Of a stretch of 64,000 nucleotides of DNA, positions 16,721 through 27,634 are shown piece by piece. Position numbers and translations under genes: made by a program. The notes beneath the pieces are model-generated. The model was not told the origin of the DNA and did no database searches. It saw only the letters and a program-made list of their open reading frames with translations. The DNA comes from Deltaproteobacteria bacterium (GTDB lineage Bacteria; Myxococcota_A; UBA9160; SMWR01), in assembly GCA_032128375.1 (NCBI GenBank), contig JAQBGU010000115.1, positions 1 to 64,000 on the forward strand. The letters are read 5' to 3'. Positions within the stretch are counted from its first letter, which is position 1. Every line of letters starts with the position of its first letter.

Positions 16721-18679
16721 CTACTGAAGGCTCACGAGAACGAGGACAAGCCCGCGACCTTCCTGAAGTCCCGTCATTGCCTTGCCGATAATCGCACCCG
16801 TCGCATTCGCCGGATCCAGCACCTTGGCTGCATGCCCAGCGGTAGTGGAAGTCGTCAGCAAGTCGCCGGGTTCGATTGAGCCGAAGCTCGCATCGGCGAG
16901 ACAGTAAACGCGGCCTGTGAGCGCGATCGGATATTCACCATCCGCCGCCGTGCCGATCTGAGACATGATCATGCCTGGCAGCACATTGCCCGCACCGCTG
17001 ACGATACCCGCAACGCGAATGTCACGCGCCACGGTGCTCACGACGAGCTTGCCAGGATTCGCCGGATCGATAGAGACAACCATTCCCGGTTGTACACCGC
17101 GGAACGACGGTGACACATCGAATCCCTCCGACAGGTCCGCGCCACCTGTGATCACGAGCACCTTCGTGCGCGTCGTGCCATTGACATCCAACTCGTGTAC
17201 CGGGGACATGCCGATACCAACCGCGCCGCTCTCCAGAATAGTCAGATGAGTCATCCCATCGGTACCAAGCGTGAGAGTGGAATCGGCTTCGTCGCTATCA
17301 TTGTCCGAACCGACGAATAGAGTATTCGCGTCGGTCGTGGGGACTCCATCCGCGCCATTCGCACCGGTTGCGCCATTTGCACCCGTCGGACCGGCCGGGC
17401 CGGTATCGCCAGTTGCACCGTCTATACCGTCCACACCGTCGGCGCCATTTGCACCCGTCGGACCAGCCGGGCCGGTTTCGCCAGTTGCACCGTCCGCGCC
17501 GTCGGCACCATTTGCACCCGTTGGACCAGCCGGGCCTGTATCGCCAGTTGCACCGTCCGCGCCGTCGGCACCATTTGCACCCGTCGAACCAGCCGGGCCT
17601 GTATCGCCAGTTGCACCGTCCGCGCCGTCGGCACCAGTTGCACCCGTCGGACCAGCCGGGCCTGTATCGCCAGTTGCACCGTCGGCACCATTTGCACCGT
17701 TCGGACCAGTTGGGCCGGTCGCGCCATCAGCGCCAGTCAAGCCCGTTCCGCCATCAGCCCCGGGAAGTCCCTGTTCACCCGCTGGCCCCGTCGCGCCATC
17801 TGCACCGGGTGCACCTGTGGCACCAGTGGCACCGGTCGGGCCAGTCGGGCCGGAATCGCCAGTTGCACCAGTTGCACCGTCGGCACCATTTTCACCAGTC
17901 GGGCCGGTCGCGCCATCAGCGCCAGTCAAGCCCGTTCCGCCATCAGCCCCGGGAAGGCCCTGTTCACCCGCTGGCCCCGTCGCGCCATCTGCACCGGGTG
18001 CACCTGTGGCACCAGTGGCACCGGTTGCACCCGTCGGGCCCTGGGGACCTGTGGGTCCCGTGTCGCCCGTTAAGAAGGGGGGCCCCTTTCCCTCTTTCGC
18101 ACCGCCGCCAAATACGACTTCGATCTCCATTGGATTGTCGGCGCCGGTGCGCTCTTTGTTTTCAAGTGTTATTCCAATCGGCTCATCGTCACGGGGTCGG
18201 ATGGCTAAGCCAAAATTGTCGATAGAACCGTCGAGCCAGCCGACTACAAGATCTGTAATGTCAGCGCCAACGTACGTTCGTGTATCCTCTTCTGTCGCAG
18301 AAAAATATGTAAACGCATCTTCCATCGCCGGGATCATGCCTGCAGCGACATCTTCTTCAGACCATTTCTCCAGGATCAAATGAACATTCGCCCTTCCGGG
18401 AGTCTGCACGTAATTGATCCACAACCAGAGAACTGCCGAGTCAACTGGCGTGGTATCCGGAAGCGCCGAGGTTTCGAAGCGGACGAATGTCCACGTCTGT
18501 CCTAGCGCGTTGTCAACTCGTAGGCCGCGTAGTTTCTGAAACGGTGCGTTCTCACCCGTACCGAATGAGACAGACACCTGGTCTGTTGGATGCCGGGTAT
18601 CGGCGTGAGCGAGAACGCTATTCGCCATCAACAGTGCAAAAGCGGCGATGACCCGAATCCAGACTCGCGCAGAAGTCAC
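16721..18679 (-). CDS. Secreted collagen-like protein with an N-terminal DNRLRE-like domain and a C-terminal fibre/intramolecular-chaperone-like domain
   Basis: Signal peptide (..VLAHA-D), about 80 Gly-X-Y triplets, and C-terminal GGADLSEGF...IALTGRVY...[10 protein letters not shown]...IIGKAM. Start uncertain. Confidence 0.85.
   Translation of the reverse strand: MTSARVWIRVIAAFALLMANSVLAHADTRHPTDQVSVSFGTGENAPFQKLRGLRVDNALGQTWTFVRFETSALPDTTPVDSAVLWLWINYVQTPGRANVHLILEKWSEEDVAAGMIPAMEDAFTYFSATEEDTRTYVGADITDLVVGWLDGSIDNFGLAIRPRDDEPIGITLENKERTGADNPMEIEVVFGGGAKEGKGPPFLTGDTGPTGPQGPTGATGATGATGAPGADGATGPAGEQGLPGADGGTGLTGADGATGPTGENGADGATGATGDSGPTGPTGATGATGAPGADGATGPAGEQGLPGADGGTGLTGADGATGPTGPNGANGADGATGDTGPAGPTGATGADGADGATGDTGPAGSTGANGADGADGATGDTGPAGPTGANGADGADGATGETGPAGPTGANGADGVDGIDGATGDTGPAGPTGANGATGANGADGVPTTDANTLFVGSDNDSDEADSTLTLGTDGMTHLTILESGAVGIGMSPVHELDVNGTTRTKVLVITGGADLSEGFDVSPSFRGVQPGMVVSIDPANPGKLVVSTVARDIRVAGIVSGAGNVLPGMIMSQIGTAADGEYPIALTGRVYCLADASFGSIEPGDLLTTSTTAGHAAKVLDPANATGAIIGKAMTGLQEGRGLVLVLVSLQ
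17373..18025 (-). repeat. Nested intragenic repeats in the collagen region
   Basis: About five 63-bp units (17373-17700) and a near-identical duplication of about 125 bp (17712-17836 vs 17901-18025, offset 189). Confidence 0.85.
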
Positions 18680-18967
18680 GAGTAGGTCTCGAAGGGATGG
18701 GAGGCCAGCGAAACCGACCGGGATACTCGGTTGATCATGTTCAAAACTCTGTTTCAGCCTGTGAGGTCGGAGATCCCCGGGGAAGAACGGTGGGCCGAAC
18801 GGTCTAATTCGTGTGTGGGAGTTAATAGGCAGCACATGGGTGAAATCTACTCATCCGTAGGTTAATCCACCCGATATATGGGCCACCTTCTCACACTCTG
18901 GCTGCGTCGGTCAATTGATTCATTTTCAGATTCGCCAAGCTCCAAAACGGCGGGGTCGGACGCGACG

Positions 18968-19308
18968 TGTAGACTCCCAGCGAGATCGCACAGGTCCCGC
19001 CTCGGTGATCCACCCCAAAGCGGCCTCCAGAGAAAGGAGTCGTTCGGGACATTGACGGCGCGCGGGGCGACTTGCCCTCGGGGGCTTTGGCAAATGTCTC
19101 GAACGCAGAGAAACAGCAACAAATACTGGCGCTTGGCCGCCTCGGGTGGGCTGTCCGACGGATCCGGCAGATGGCGGGGATCCGTCGTGAGACGACGAGC
19201 CGCACTCTGAAGCAAGCAGGGATCGAAGTGCGGCCTCGTGGCCGCTGGGGTCACCTCACGGCGAAACCGGCCGTTTGGGTGATCACCGGGGGCCCGTACC
19301 ACTGTTAA
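18968..19308 (+). mobile_element. istA: IS21-family left-end remnant (istA 5' fragment)
   Basis: EKQQQILALGRLGWAVRRIRQMAGIRRETTSRTLKQAGIEVRPRGRWG resembles IstA N-terminal HTH domains. A candidate end TGTAGACTCC lies at 18968. No DDE core or istB. Confidence 0.7.
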
Positions 19309-19608
19309 CACCAGGGTGGACTGCTTACAGCTCTGAGCGGGAGTTCCAGCCCGATCGTCGGCAGCACTGGCTCGACCGTTTCGAACAGAGTTCACGAGCT
19401 TGTGTGGACGTCACTTCCCGACGGTCGACGTGCACCGGCCGCCACATCTCCGCCCTCAGAGATGCCTGGTTGTCACGTGGATCATGCCGCTGTCCTGAGC
19501 TGCCTGGGCCGCGCCCGAGCCTGGATCGCGCCCTCCAGCCGATCCGGGCGCGAGTGCGACCGACCTTCGCTGGCAATCCGCAGGTATCGAGTCCTACGGG
19601 CCGAACGT

Positions 19609-20700
19609 TCAGCGGCTGCTTCGATTTGGGCTCGTCCTCTCCTTTTCGTTCTCGGCCCATCGAAGGTTGTTCTTCGCCAGCGGAAAGTCCGGTTCTAGCC
19701 GCAACGCTTCGCGCGCTTCAGCGATCGCCTCGTCCCACTGGCGCAGAGACGCCAGGTTGGCAGCGATGTTGTTGTGGGCTTCGGCGTAGTCCCGCTCGAG
19801 TTCGAGCGCCTTCCTGGCGGCATCGATGCTGCCCCGGAAATCGCCGGATTGGTGGAGGCGCAGCGATGTGTTGAGCATGCCGGCAGCCGTCTGAACGTCA
19901 CCCACTTCCGGCTGCGACATCGGTGTGTCGTTCCGTCGGTTCAGGAATCGAGTCACGAGCGGATCTCCGGGTGCCAGCAGGAGGGTTTCCAAGGCGAGCA
20001 CTTTCATTTCCGCAGTCCGCCCGGCCTTCGCGTACGCGTCCAGTAGCTGATGACGGGCGGCAACGTAGGCCGGGCTCAGAGCCACGGCCTGCTGCAGATG
20101 CGGGATCGCTTCGCCTGACAGTCCCTCTTCCACGAGCCAGCGTGCGTAGAACGAATGCGTGTCCGGGTTGTTCGGCGCCAACTGCAGCGCCCTCATGAAG
20201 TGTGACTCGGCGACGCTGGATTGTCCCAGGCGGCCTGTCACGATGCCCAGATTGACCTCGAGCGTGGAGTAGTTCGGAGTGAGAGCGGTGGCCCGGTCGA
20301 AGAGCGTCTTGGCCTGGCGTATCGCGCCAGGGCCATCTGCATCAGCCCCCGACCATTGGCGGGACTCTTCTCGGCGACGTCACGCCAGAGGGATGCGTCG
20401 GTCAGAAACACCTTGTTGCGCTCGTAGGTCCCAATGGCGTTGCCACCGACCGCCACGACAGCAAGAGCCACCGCACTACCGAAGATCACACGACGCAAAT
20501 CCGGCGCGGTTTCGGACCAGTGCATGAAAAGAAGTGCAAGCCCACAGACAACTGAGAGGGAGAGCCCGACATATCCGAAGAACGCCCGGTGGTCATTCGT
20601 CACCTCGGCGAGCGGAAACACGCTCGAGGCCGGCAGTAGCGCCAGGCAGAACCACGCGATGCCGAAGGCAATGGGTCGGTGTGGCGGCGCGATCGAGGTT
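19609..20700 (-). pseudogene. TMTC-like TPR-containing membrane protein, 5'-truncated and frameshifted
   Basis: IAFGIAWFCLALLPASSVFPLAEVTNDHR...RNKVFLTDASLWRDVAEKSP followed by TPR repeats in another frame. N-terminal membrane domain is absent. Confidence 0.75.
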
Positions 20701-21013
20701 CTCCAGACAGAAAGTGGAGGCGCTGATCGCGTGCAACATCCCGAACCAGCTGCTTCCCTCGGCGGGCCAGAGTCCAGGCCATTGCTGCCTGAGGAAGACA
20801 ATGGAACCAGCGGGGCTGCTGCCGTACCCGGATTCATGCACCCGCCGTGATCAGAACGCGTTTTCCGGTGGGTGAAGATCCCACCCGGCGACGGGTCACT
20901 GCAGCCGGAAGCAGTCGAAGCAATCGTGGAGGTAACGAAGCGGTTGAAACCTCCATCCCGGACCGATGAGCGCGAGGGAGCGGTGGGCTTGAAAAAGTGA
21001 TTTCCTAGCAGTC

Positions 21014-23554
21014 ATGAACAAATCTATCCCCATGCACTTCCGCTTTGGCGCAGTGCTCCGCTCGTTAGGCGCTGTTGCGGTACTCACCGGAACGATCATC
21101 CCGATCGCTTCCTCGCAGACACCGCTTCCGCCGGTCTTCGCCCCTCCGCCACCGGAAGATGTTGCGCCGCGGCCGGACATCGAGCCCGCCATCGCACCGG
21201 TACCCGCGACCGTGGCCGGAGGCCCATGGACGGGGATCGGGCCGGCACCAACGTTCGGCGGACAGGTATCAGTACCCCCGAATAGTCCGATCAGCGGTGC
21301 CATCCAGGCCATGGCGGTGCATCCGACGAATGCCGACATCCTGTACGTCGGCGCGGCCGGCGGAGGTGTGTGGAAGACATCCAACGCGACAAACGCAAGC
21401 CCGACGTGGACACCGCTCACCGACACGCAGGCCTCGCTGAACATCGGCGCGCTCGAGTTCGACATGACAGACGGGACATTTCAGACGCTCGTGGCCGGCA
21501 GCGCACGGCTGAGCAGCTTCGGCGCGGTCGGCGGGTCGCGCATCGGTGTGTTGCGCACGACGGACGGCGGGAACAACTGGGCGGTGTTGGGCGGTTCGTT
21601 CGCAAACGAGAATCTATTGAGCGTCGCGGCGCGCGGGAGCATCGTCATGGCGGCGTCCGATAGCCAGTGGGGCGGAGGAAGTGGCAGCGGCTTGTTTCGC
21701 AGCACGAATACCGGCGGAACCTTCTCTCTCGTCTCCGGTGGTTCCGGCCTGTCCGCAGGCCCGATCAGCGACCTCGTAGCGGACCCGAACGTGCCGACCC
21801 GCTTCTACGCAGCAGTGCGCACGGTCGGCATCTTCCGCAGCGACGACACCGGTGCGAGCTGGACGAACGTCACCGGGACGATCAGCGGCATCACCCCCAG
21901 CACCACGAAGGTCGAGATGGCGGTCCACAACAACGGCACCACTAACGCCGAGTTTGTCGCCGTGATCAACGCAAGTAGCCTCGCGAGCGTCTGGCGCTCG
22001 ACCGACGTCGGCGCGACCTGGACGCAGATGGACACGCCGGCTGCGCATAATGGCCCGCAAGGGCAGATCCACTTCTCCATCACCGCCGACAGGAGCAATG
22101 CGAATTTCGTATTTATCGGCGGCGATCGGATCACCAGTTCGCCCTTCACCGGCAATCTCTTCCGCGGCAACGCCTCACTCGCTCTGGGCAGCCAATTCAC
22201 CACGATCATCGAAGGCAATGCCAACGACAGTGTTGGCAGTGGCAACACCACGCCGCACGCCGACTCGCGGGAGATGATCATGGATGCCAATGGCAACCTG
22301 ATCCAGGGCGACGACGGCGGACTCTATCGGCGATCCTTGCCACTCGCGAGCACGGGCATTTGGAGCTCAGTCAACGGAAATCTCGCCTGCATTGAAGCTC
22401 ACGACGTGGCCTACGACAGCGTCGCCAACGTGAGCATGGCCGGCACCCAGGACAATGGCACGCACATCCAGGGCGTCGGCTCGTCGATCTGGACAAGTAT
22501 CTTCAGCGGCGATGGCGGCGACGTCGCGATCGACGACACGAGCGTCGCGAGCCAATCCACCCGATATGGCAGCTTCCAGTTTCTCGATTCCTTCTTTCGG
22601 AAGATTTACGACGCTTCGAACACGCTGGTCAGCACAACATTTCCGGCTCTTGCCGTCCTCGCCGGAGGGCCGACGATCGACCGGCAATTCACGACACCGG
22701 TCGAACTCAACAAGGTCACACCCACGCGGCTGATCATTGGCGGCGCGAACGCCGCCTACGAATCGCTAGACCAGGGCGACACCGTCACCGCGTTGACGCC
22801 GATCTCGAGCGTCAACGGCACCTTCACGGGCAAGCCCATCGCCTACGGTGGCTTTCTCGCCGGCGTGCCCAATTCGGACATTCTCTATTACGGATCCGGC
22901 ACGACAGTGAAAGTCCGCACAATCGCAGGTGGCGCGGTCGCCGGCACTGCGGCCGCTTTTCCGGGTGGGACCGTCCAGGATATCGTCCTCGATTCAGACA
23001 ACTGGCAGCGCCTCTTCGTCGCCGGATCTTCGAGCGTATTTCACAGCACGAACGTGGGTGCGAGTTGGACGGATATCACAGGCGATCTGACGGGTGTCGG
23101 ATCCATTCACACGCTCGAATTTTTCAAGCTCAATGGTGCCGACTGCGTTGCCGCCGGCACCGACACCGGCGTGTTCGGTTCCTTCACCAGCAGTCTCGGC
23201 AGCTGGTTCCGGCTCGGCACGGGCCTGCCCAACGCGGTGGTCTATGACATGAAGCATAACGTGACGGACAGCGTTCTGATCATCGGCACGATGGGTCGCA
23301 GCACTTTCATTCTGGATACGGATACGGCAAACACCGGGGTCATTTTCGTTGATCTCAATTTTTCGGCCCCCAACCCGAATGGGAGCCAATTCGCCCCATT
23401 CCCGACGATCGCAGCGGCCGTCGATGCTGCGGCAAGCGGGAATACGATCCGCATTTTTGGCGGCCATTACCCGCCGGCAATCAGCATTACCAAAAACGTG
23501 CGGCTTGAACGCTGGAACAAGGTGGGAAGCGGAACCGTTCAAATCGGGAATTGA
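21014..23554 (+). CDS. Secreted BNR/Asp-box (VPS10/GH74-like) beta-propeller protein with a DUF1565-like C-terminal module
   Basis: Signal peptide, repeated RS/TxDxGxxW Asp-boxes, GTQDNG and GDGG motifs, and C-terminal FVD...NGSQFAPFPTIAAAV. Confidence 0.85.
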   Translation: MNKSIPMHFRFGAVLRSLGAVAVLTGTIIPIASSQTPLPPVFAPPPPEDVAPRPDIEPAIAPVPATVAGGPWTGIGPAPTFGGQVSVPPNSPISGAIQAMAVHPTNADILYVGAAGGGVWKTSNATNASPTWTPLTDTQASLNIGALEFDMTDGTFQTLVAGSARLSSFGAVGGSRIGVLRTTDGGNNWAVLGGSFANENLLSVAARGSIVMAASDSQWGGGSGSGLFRSTNTGGTFSLVSGGSGLSAGPISDLVADPNVPTRFYAAVRTVGIFRSDDTGASWTNVTGTISGITPSTTKVEMAVHNNGTTNAEFVAVINASSLASVWRSTDVGATWTQMDTPAAHNGPQGQIHFSITADRSNANFVFIGGDRITSSPFTGNLFRGNASLALGSQFTTIIEGNANDSVGSGNTTPHADSREMIMDANGNLIQGDDGGLYRRSLPLASTGIWSSVNGNLACIEAHDVAYDSVANVSMAGTQDNGTHIQGVGSSIWTSIFSGDGGDVAIDDTSVASQSTRYGSFQFLDSFFRKIYDASNTLVSTTFPALAVLAGGPTIDRQFTTPVELNKVTPTRLIIGGANAAYESLDQGDTVTALTPISSVNGTFTGKPIAYGGFLAGVPNSDILYYGSGTTVKVRTIAGGAVAGTAAAFPGGTVQDIVLDSDNWQRLFVAGSSSVFHSTNVGASWTDITGDLTGVGSIHTLEFFKLNGADCVAAGTDTGVFGSFTSSLGSWFRLGTGLPNAVVYDMKHNVTDSVLIIGTMGRSTFILDTDTANTGVIFVDLNFSAPNPNGSQFAPFPTIAAAVDAAASGNTIRIFGGHYPPAISITKNVRLERWNKVGSGTVQIGN

Positions 23555-24007
23555 GCCGAAACGCCGCTTTTCTTGTAAAACCAGTGAAACACCTCTCTCG
23601 CAAATCGCCTAAGAGACGCATACTGCGAAACGTCCGGTGGGGTGAGCCGCCACTTTTCTGAGACCGGCGAACCCGGGATGAGACTCGACGCACCCATGAG
23701 CGGGATCGCGAGTAAGAAGTAGACGTTGATGCGGCGCGGCGTCATGAATGGGAACCACGGTGGCGATGAGGGAACCAGGCTTCTACACATAACACTCATA
23801 CCCCACGTCGAGCCGGAATCCAGCTTGAACGCCCCATCTGCCGACGAGGCCCAGCTGCATCTGGACCAGGCGCGCGCTAGACCCATTGCGCGTGGACCAC
23901 ACGATGACTCTCGCGGCACTGCATGCGTGGATCGGCGACCCTCGGTCCGGTCGGTTCGTGTAACATGCGATCGGTGCTGGGGAGTCGAATCATCGCGTTG
24001 AGATCTC

Positions 24008-26511
24008 GTGACGGCCGGGGCTGACGTCCCCGAGGCGCCTGTCTCGGTCAGTGGGGCAGTCGTCGTCGAAGGTTGGCCGTCGCCACCCCACGTTGGACTC
24101 TATATCGGTGTCGCGTTCGCGTCGGCCGCTCTGCTGATGCTCGAGATCTCGCTCACGAGATTGTTTTCGTTCACGATCTGGTACCACCTCACGTATCTCA
24201 CGATCAGTATGGCGTTGCTCGGCTTCAGCTCGAGCGGAGCCATCGTGGCGGCATTTCCCAATCTGTTTCGCCAACATGGCCACCAGAAGATCGTGTTGCT
24301 GTTGGTGCTCGCAGCGTTTTTCAACATCGCCGCACTCGTGTTCTTTACACGCTTCCCGCTCGAAGTGCTCGATTTGCTGGAAGCACCGGGCGCATTCGCG
24401 GCGTCCCTGCTCATGTATTACATCGCGGTCGGTGTTCCGTTCCTGCTCGCGGGGTTTGCCGTGGGCGTGCCGTTCGCCGCCTACCCGGGGCTGATGGGAC
24501 GGCTCTACTTCTGGGATCTGCTCGGTGCTGCGGCTGGCTGCATTCTGGCGGTGACACTGATCGAATACCAGGGCGTACCGGCGTCGTCATCTCGGCGTCT
24601 GGCTTGATGCTCGCTTCAGCTGCGGTGCTCGGTATCGGAATGCAGCAGGCTCGAAGCTCGTTCCTGCTCGCCGGGATGGCTGCGGTCGTGCTGGCGCTCG
24701 CAGCTCCGGCCGGAAACCGGATGTCGATCGACGTGACGTCGAGCAAACGTCCGCCGACTCTCCGCGAGGATATGGTAGGCGCCGAACATTACGTGGCCTG
24801 GACCGCACTCAACCGTGTTGACGCGGCTGGCTGGGACCGCCCGACTCGTCGCCAGTTCTGGAGAAACCACGGCCTGATGAATGGTTACTTCGGACCGGTT
24901 CCTCTGGTCGCGCGCGTCACCTACGACGGTTGCAACGGCTCGAACATCTACTCCTTCTCGGGAGACTTCGCGCAGTTCCAGATGCTCGACCACCACCTGC
25001 TGCGGACGCCGTACCTGATCAGCGATGAACCGCGCGTACTCGTGATCGGCGTGGGCGGTGGCATCGATGTGATCAATGCGATCAAGCAGGGGGCCAGCCA
25101 CGTCACTGGGGCGGAACTGCAGCCCAAGACGATCCACCTGCTCGAGGAGCGTCTGCGCGAGTTCACCGGTGGCTTCTACCATCGGCCCGACGTGCGGCTC
25201 GTTGCGAGCGAAGGGCGGCATTTCGTTCGCAAGACGGACGAGCGTTTCGATCTGATTCAGATCACCGCGACTGACACTTTCGCCGCGCAGGCGACTGGCG
25301 CCTATGTACTCGCTGAAAGCTACCTCTACACGGTCGAAGCCATCCAGGACTATCTCAGTCGCCTCACCGAAGAGGGTCTGATCTCCCTGGTCGTCGGAGA
25401 TCGCATCTACGAAGAGGGCTTCCTTCCGCCGCTCGCGGGACGTCTGGCGTTGACCGCGGAGCGCGCTCTCGCAGGCGTGGGTGTGGCGCAACCGGCCGAT
25501 CACGTCATGGTGATCGGTTCCCTCAATCGACAGCGCACGACTCGAGCCGAGGCGATCATCGTGAAGAAAAGCCCACTGACAGAGGCCGAGGTCGACACGG
25601 TTCGCGAGTTCGCTTCCTCCAAGAGATTCGACGTGCTCTATGCACCCGAGCGATTCAGCGCCGACGAAGGTGCACTCACCGCGCTGCTCTGACAGCATGA
25701 ACCACGACGCCAACCGGCGCTGCGTGCGGCCTGGTTCCGGATGGACGCGGTCCACGACGACGACCCGTTCTTCTACAACGTCGGCAAATGGTCGAATTTC
25801 GGCAGAGGCGCCACGGTCAACTTCATGTTCCCCGGCTCGTCGATCGGCCAACTCGTGTTGCTGCTGATGATTGCGCAGTCCGTGCTGCTCGGAGGGGCCT
25901 TGATCCTGCTCCCGCTGGCCCGGGGCGCACGCGAAGGGTTTCGCGCGCCCGGCTTGGCTTCGTACTTTGTCTACTTCCTCGCGCTCGGCGTGGGCTTCAT
26001 GTTCGTTGAGATCAGCTTCGTGCAATCGTTTGTCCTCTTTCTCGGGTCGCCCACCTATGCCCTGTCGGTGACGATCTTCTCGTTGCTGCTCTTCTCGAGC
26101 TTTGGAAGCCTGCTATCGACCCGGTTCGTCGCGCGGCCGGAGTGGGCGTTGCGGCGGCTGGCGCCGATCGCCGTTGTCATCATCGTGATTTACGCGTTCG
26201 GCTTGCAGCGCATTTTCGAACTCTTCTTGCCGCTCGCATTCCCGGCCCGACTCGCGATTGCCGTGGCCGCGCAGCTGCCCATCGGGTTGACGCTCGGGAT
26301 GTTCATGCCTCTTGGGATCGCCTGCATAGCCCGACATCATCCGCGCCTGGTGCCGTGGGCCTGGGGGATCAATGGCGTCGGCTCCGTGACCGGAACGACG
26401 CTCGCCGTGTTGATTGCAATGTCGTGGGGATTCGCGGTCGTCGCGATGGCGGCAGCGTGTCTGTATGCCATCGGAGCGTTGCTGCTGTTGCGTACCGAAC
26501 GAACCACCTGA
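24008..26511 (+). pseudogene. Multi-TM spermidine-synthase-like (SAM-binding) membrane protein, interrupted
   Basis: LMLEISLTRLFS...LYFWDLLGAAAG, VLVIGVGGGID, EGRHFV...FDLIQI, ESYLYTVEA, DDDPFFY and WAWGINGVGSV. One frameshift near 24580 and an in-frame TGA at 25690-25692. Confidence 0.75.
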
Positions 26512-26570
26512 CAGCCTGGGGGACCATGCCCGAGTATGGATGGGGTTACGACGAGGGGCTCGTGCGAATG

Positions 26571-27443
26571 TCAGGCAATTCGCGTCTCTGTGCGGTTCAG
26601 CCTGCCGAGCCGGAGCCCGACGACCAGCAAAAGCCCAACACCGATCACGACGGATCCGGCCGGTTCTGGAATAGCCACGACCTCGACGAAGTCGATCTCG
26701 AGTTCGTACTGCTGATTCGCACCGGCCGTAGCCGCAGGCTGCAACGCTGCGTCGAATGCCTGCGGGAAAGAAGCATCCGGAGCCCAGATGTTGAGCCTGA
26801 TCTCCGACGGGTCGCCCGGAACCGTTCCGAGTTCTTCGCGAACCAACGCGCCGTCGATGTACCACTGTATACGGTCGCCTAACCAACGAATTTCATACTC
26901 GACGAACTGTGTGAGATCGATACCCGGTGCGCTCGAGTGCACGAAGTCGCCCGCCTGACCGAAGTCATCGTCGTCGAAGACGTTGGTGAAGATCATCTCG
27001 TCGCCGAGATCGGCCGAGAGCAGTTCGAAATCGATCTCGTCGCGAACCGGAAAGTTCAGCCCGAACGAAAAGAACCCACCCACCAACCCGGCGGGCGGCG
27101 CCCCGAGAAAGCGAATTCGTGATGTGATGGAGAGTCCACTACCAACCGAGAAGGACGCAAGCGTCTGGATTTCTTGCCCCCAGAATGAGTCCCCCGGAAT
27201 CAACGCCGTCGGGTTGTGGGTATCGAGCTGCAATACGATCGTTCCTGCTGAAACGATCGGAGCCTCACTCGGTGGCTTGATCTGGGTGCGACCGAAGAAC
27301 GTCCCCGGCCCCGTCGGCTGTCGCCAGACTGCGGGATCGAGTGAGTTGCCGTCGAAATCGTCGAACAACAGCGTCTCGGAATGGCTGAGTCCAGCCGGCA
27401 GCCCGAGTGCGGCCAGAAGAATGGACAGCAAGAGGCGAAACAT
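26571..27443 (-). CDS. Glycoside hydrolase family 16 protein with PEP-CTERM sorting signal
   Basis: Signal peptide, catalytic EIDFE motif, YEIRW...WYIDG and LNIW, then IPEP followed by a TM segment and basic tail. Confidence 0.85.
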   Translation of the reverse strand: MFRLLLSILLAALGLPAGLSHSETLLFDDFDGNSLDPAVWRQPTGPGTFFGRTQIKPPSEAPIVSAGTIVLQLDTHNPTALIPGDSFWGQEIQTLASFSVGSGLSITSRIRFLGAPPAGLVGGFFSFGLNFPVRDEIDFELLSADLGDEMIFTNVFDDDDFGQAGDFVHSSAPGIDLTQFVEYEIRWLGDRIQWYIDGALVREELGTVPGDPSEIRLNIWAPDASFPQAFDAALQPAATAGANQQYELEIDFVEVVAIPEPAGSVVIGVGLLLVVGLRLGRLNRTETRIA

Positions 27444-27634
27444 AGGGTCTCTCCCACTGGAACCCGGTACCCGGCGCGAAGTTCCCAGCACGCGCCAGCG
27501 ACGAGAGTGAACAGCGTAGCCCGTCTGACTTCCATGCGTCGAGCGGACCCGGAATCGAGATGGTGTCGGATCGCAGACCGCGAGCCGTCGGGCCGAGAAC
27601 GGGCCTGGCTACCCTTCAGGAGCCTACGGGCGCG

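Noticed and set aside
16721..17200. Prophage inferred from the fibre-like domain
   Set aside because: The protein has a signal peptide, and no capsid, terminase, portal or integrase genes occur in the window.
17271..18383. Pro/Ala-rich 370-aa and His/Arg-rich 285-aa plus-strand ORFs
   Set aside because: Antisense shadows of the collagen repeat.
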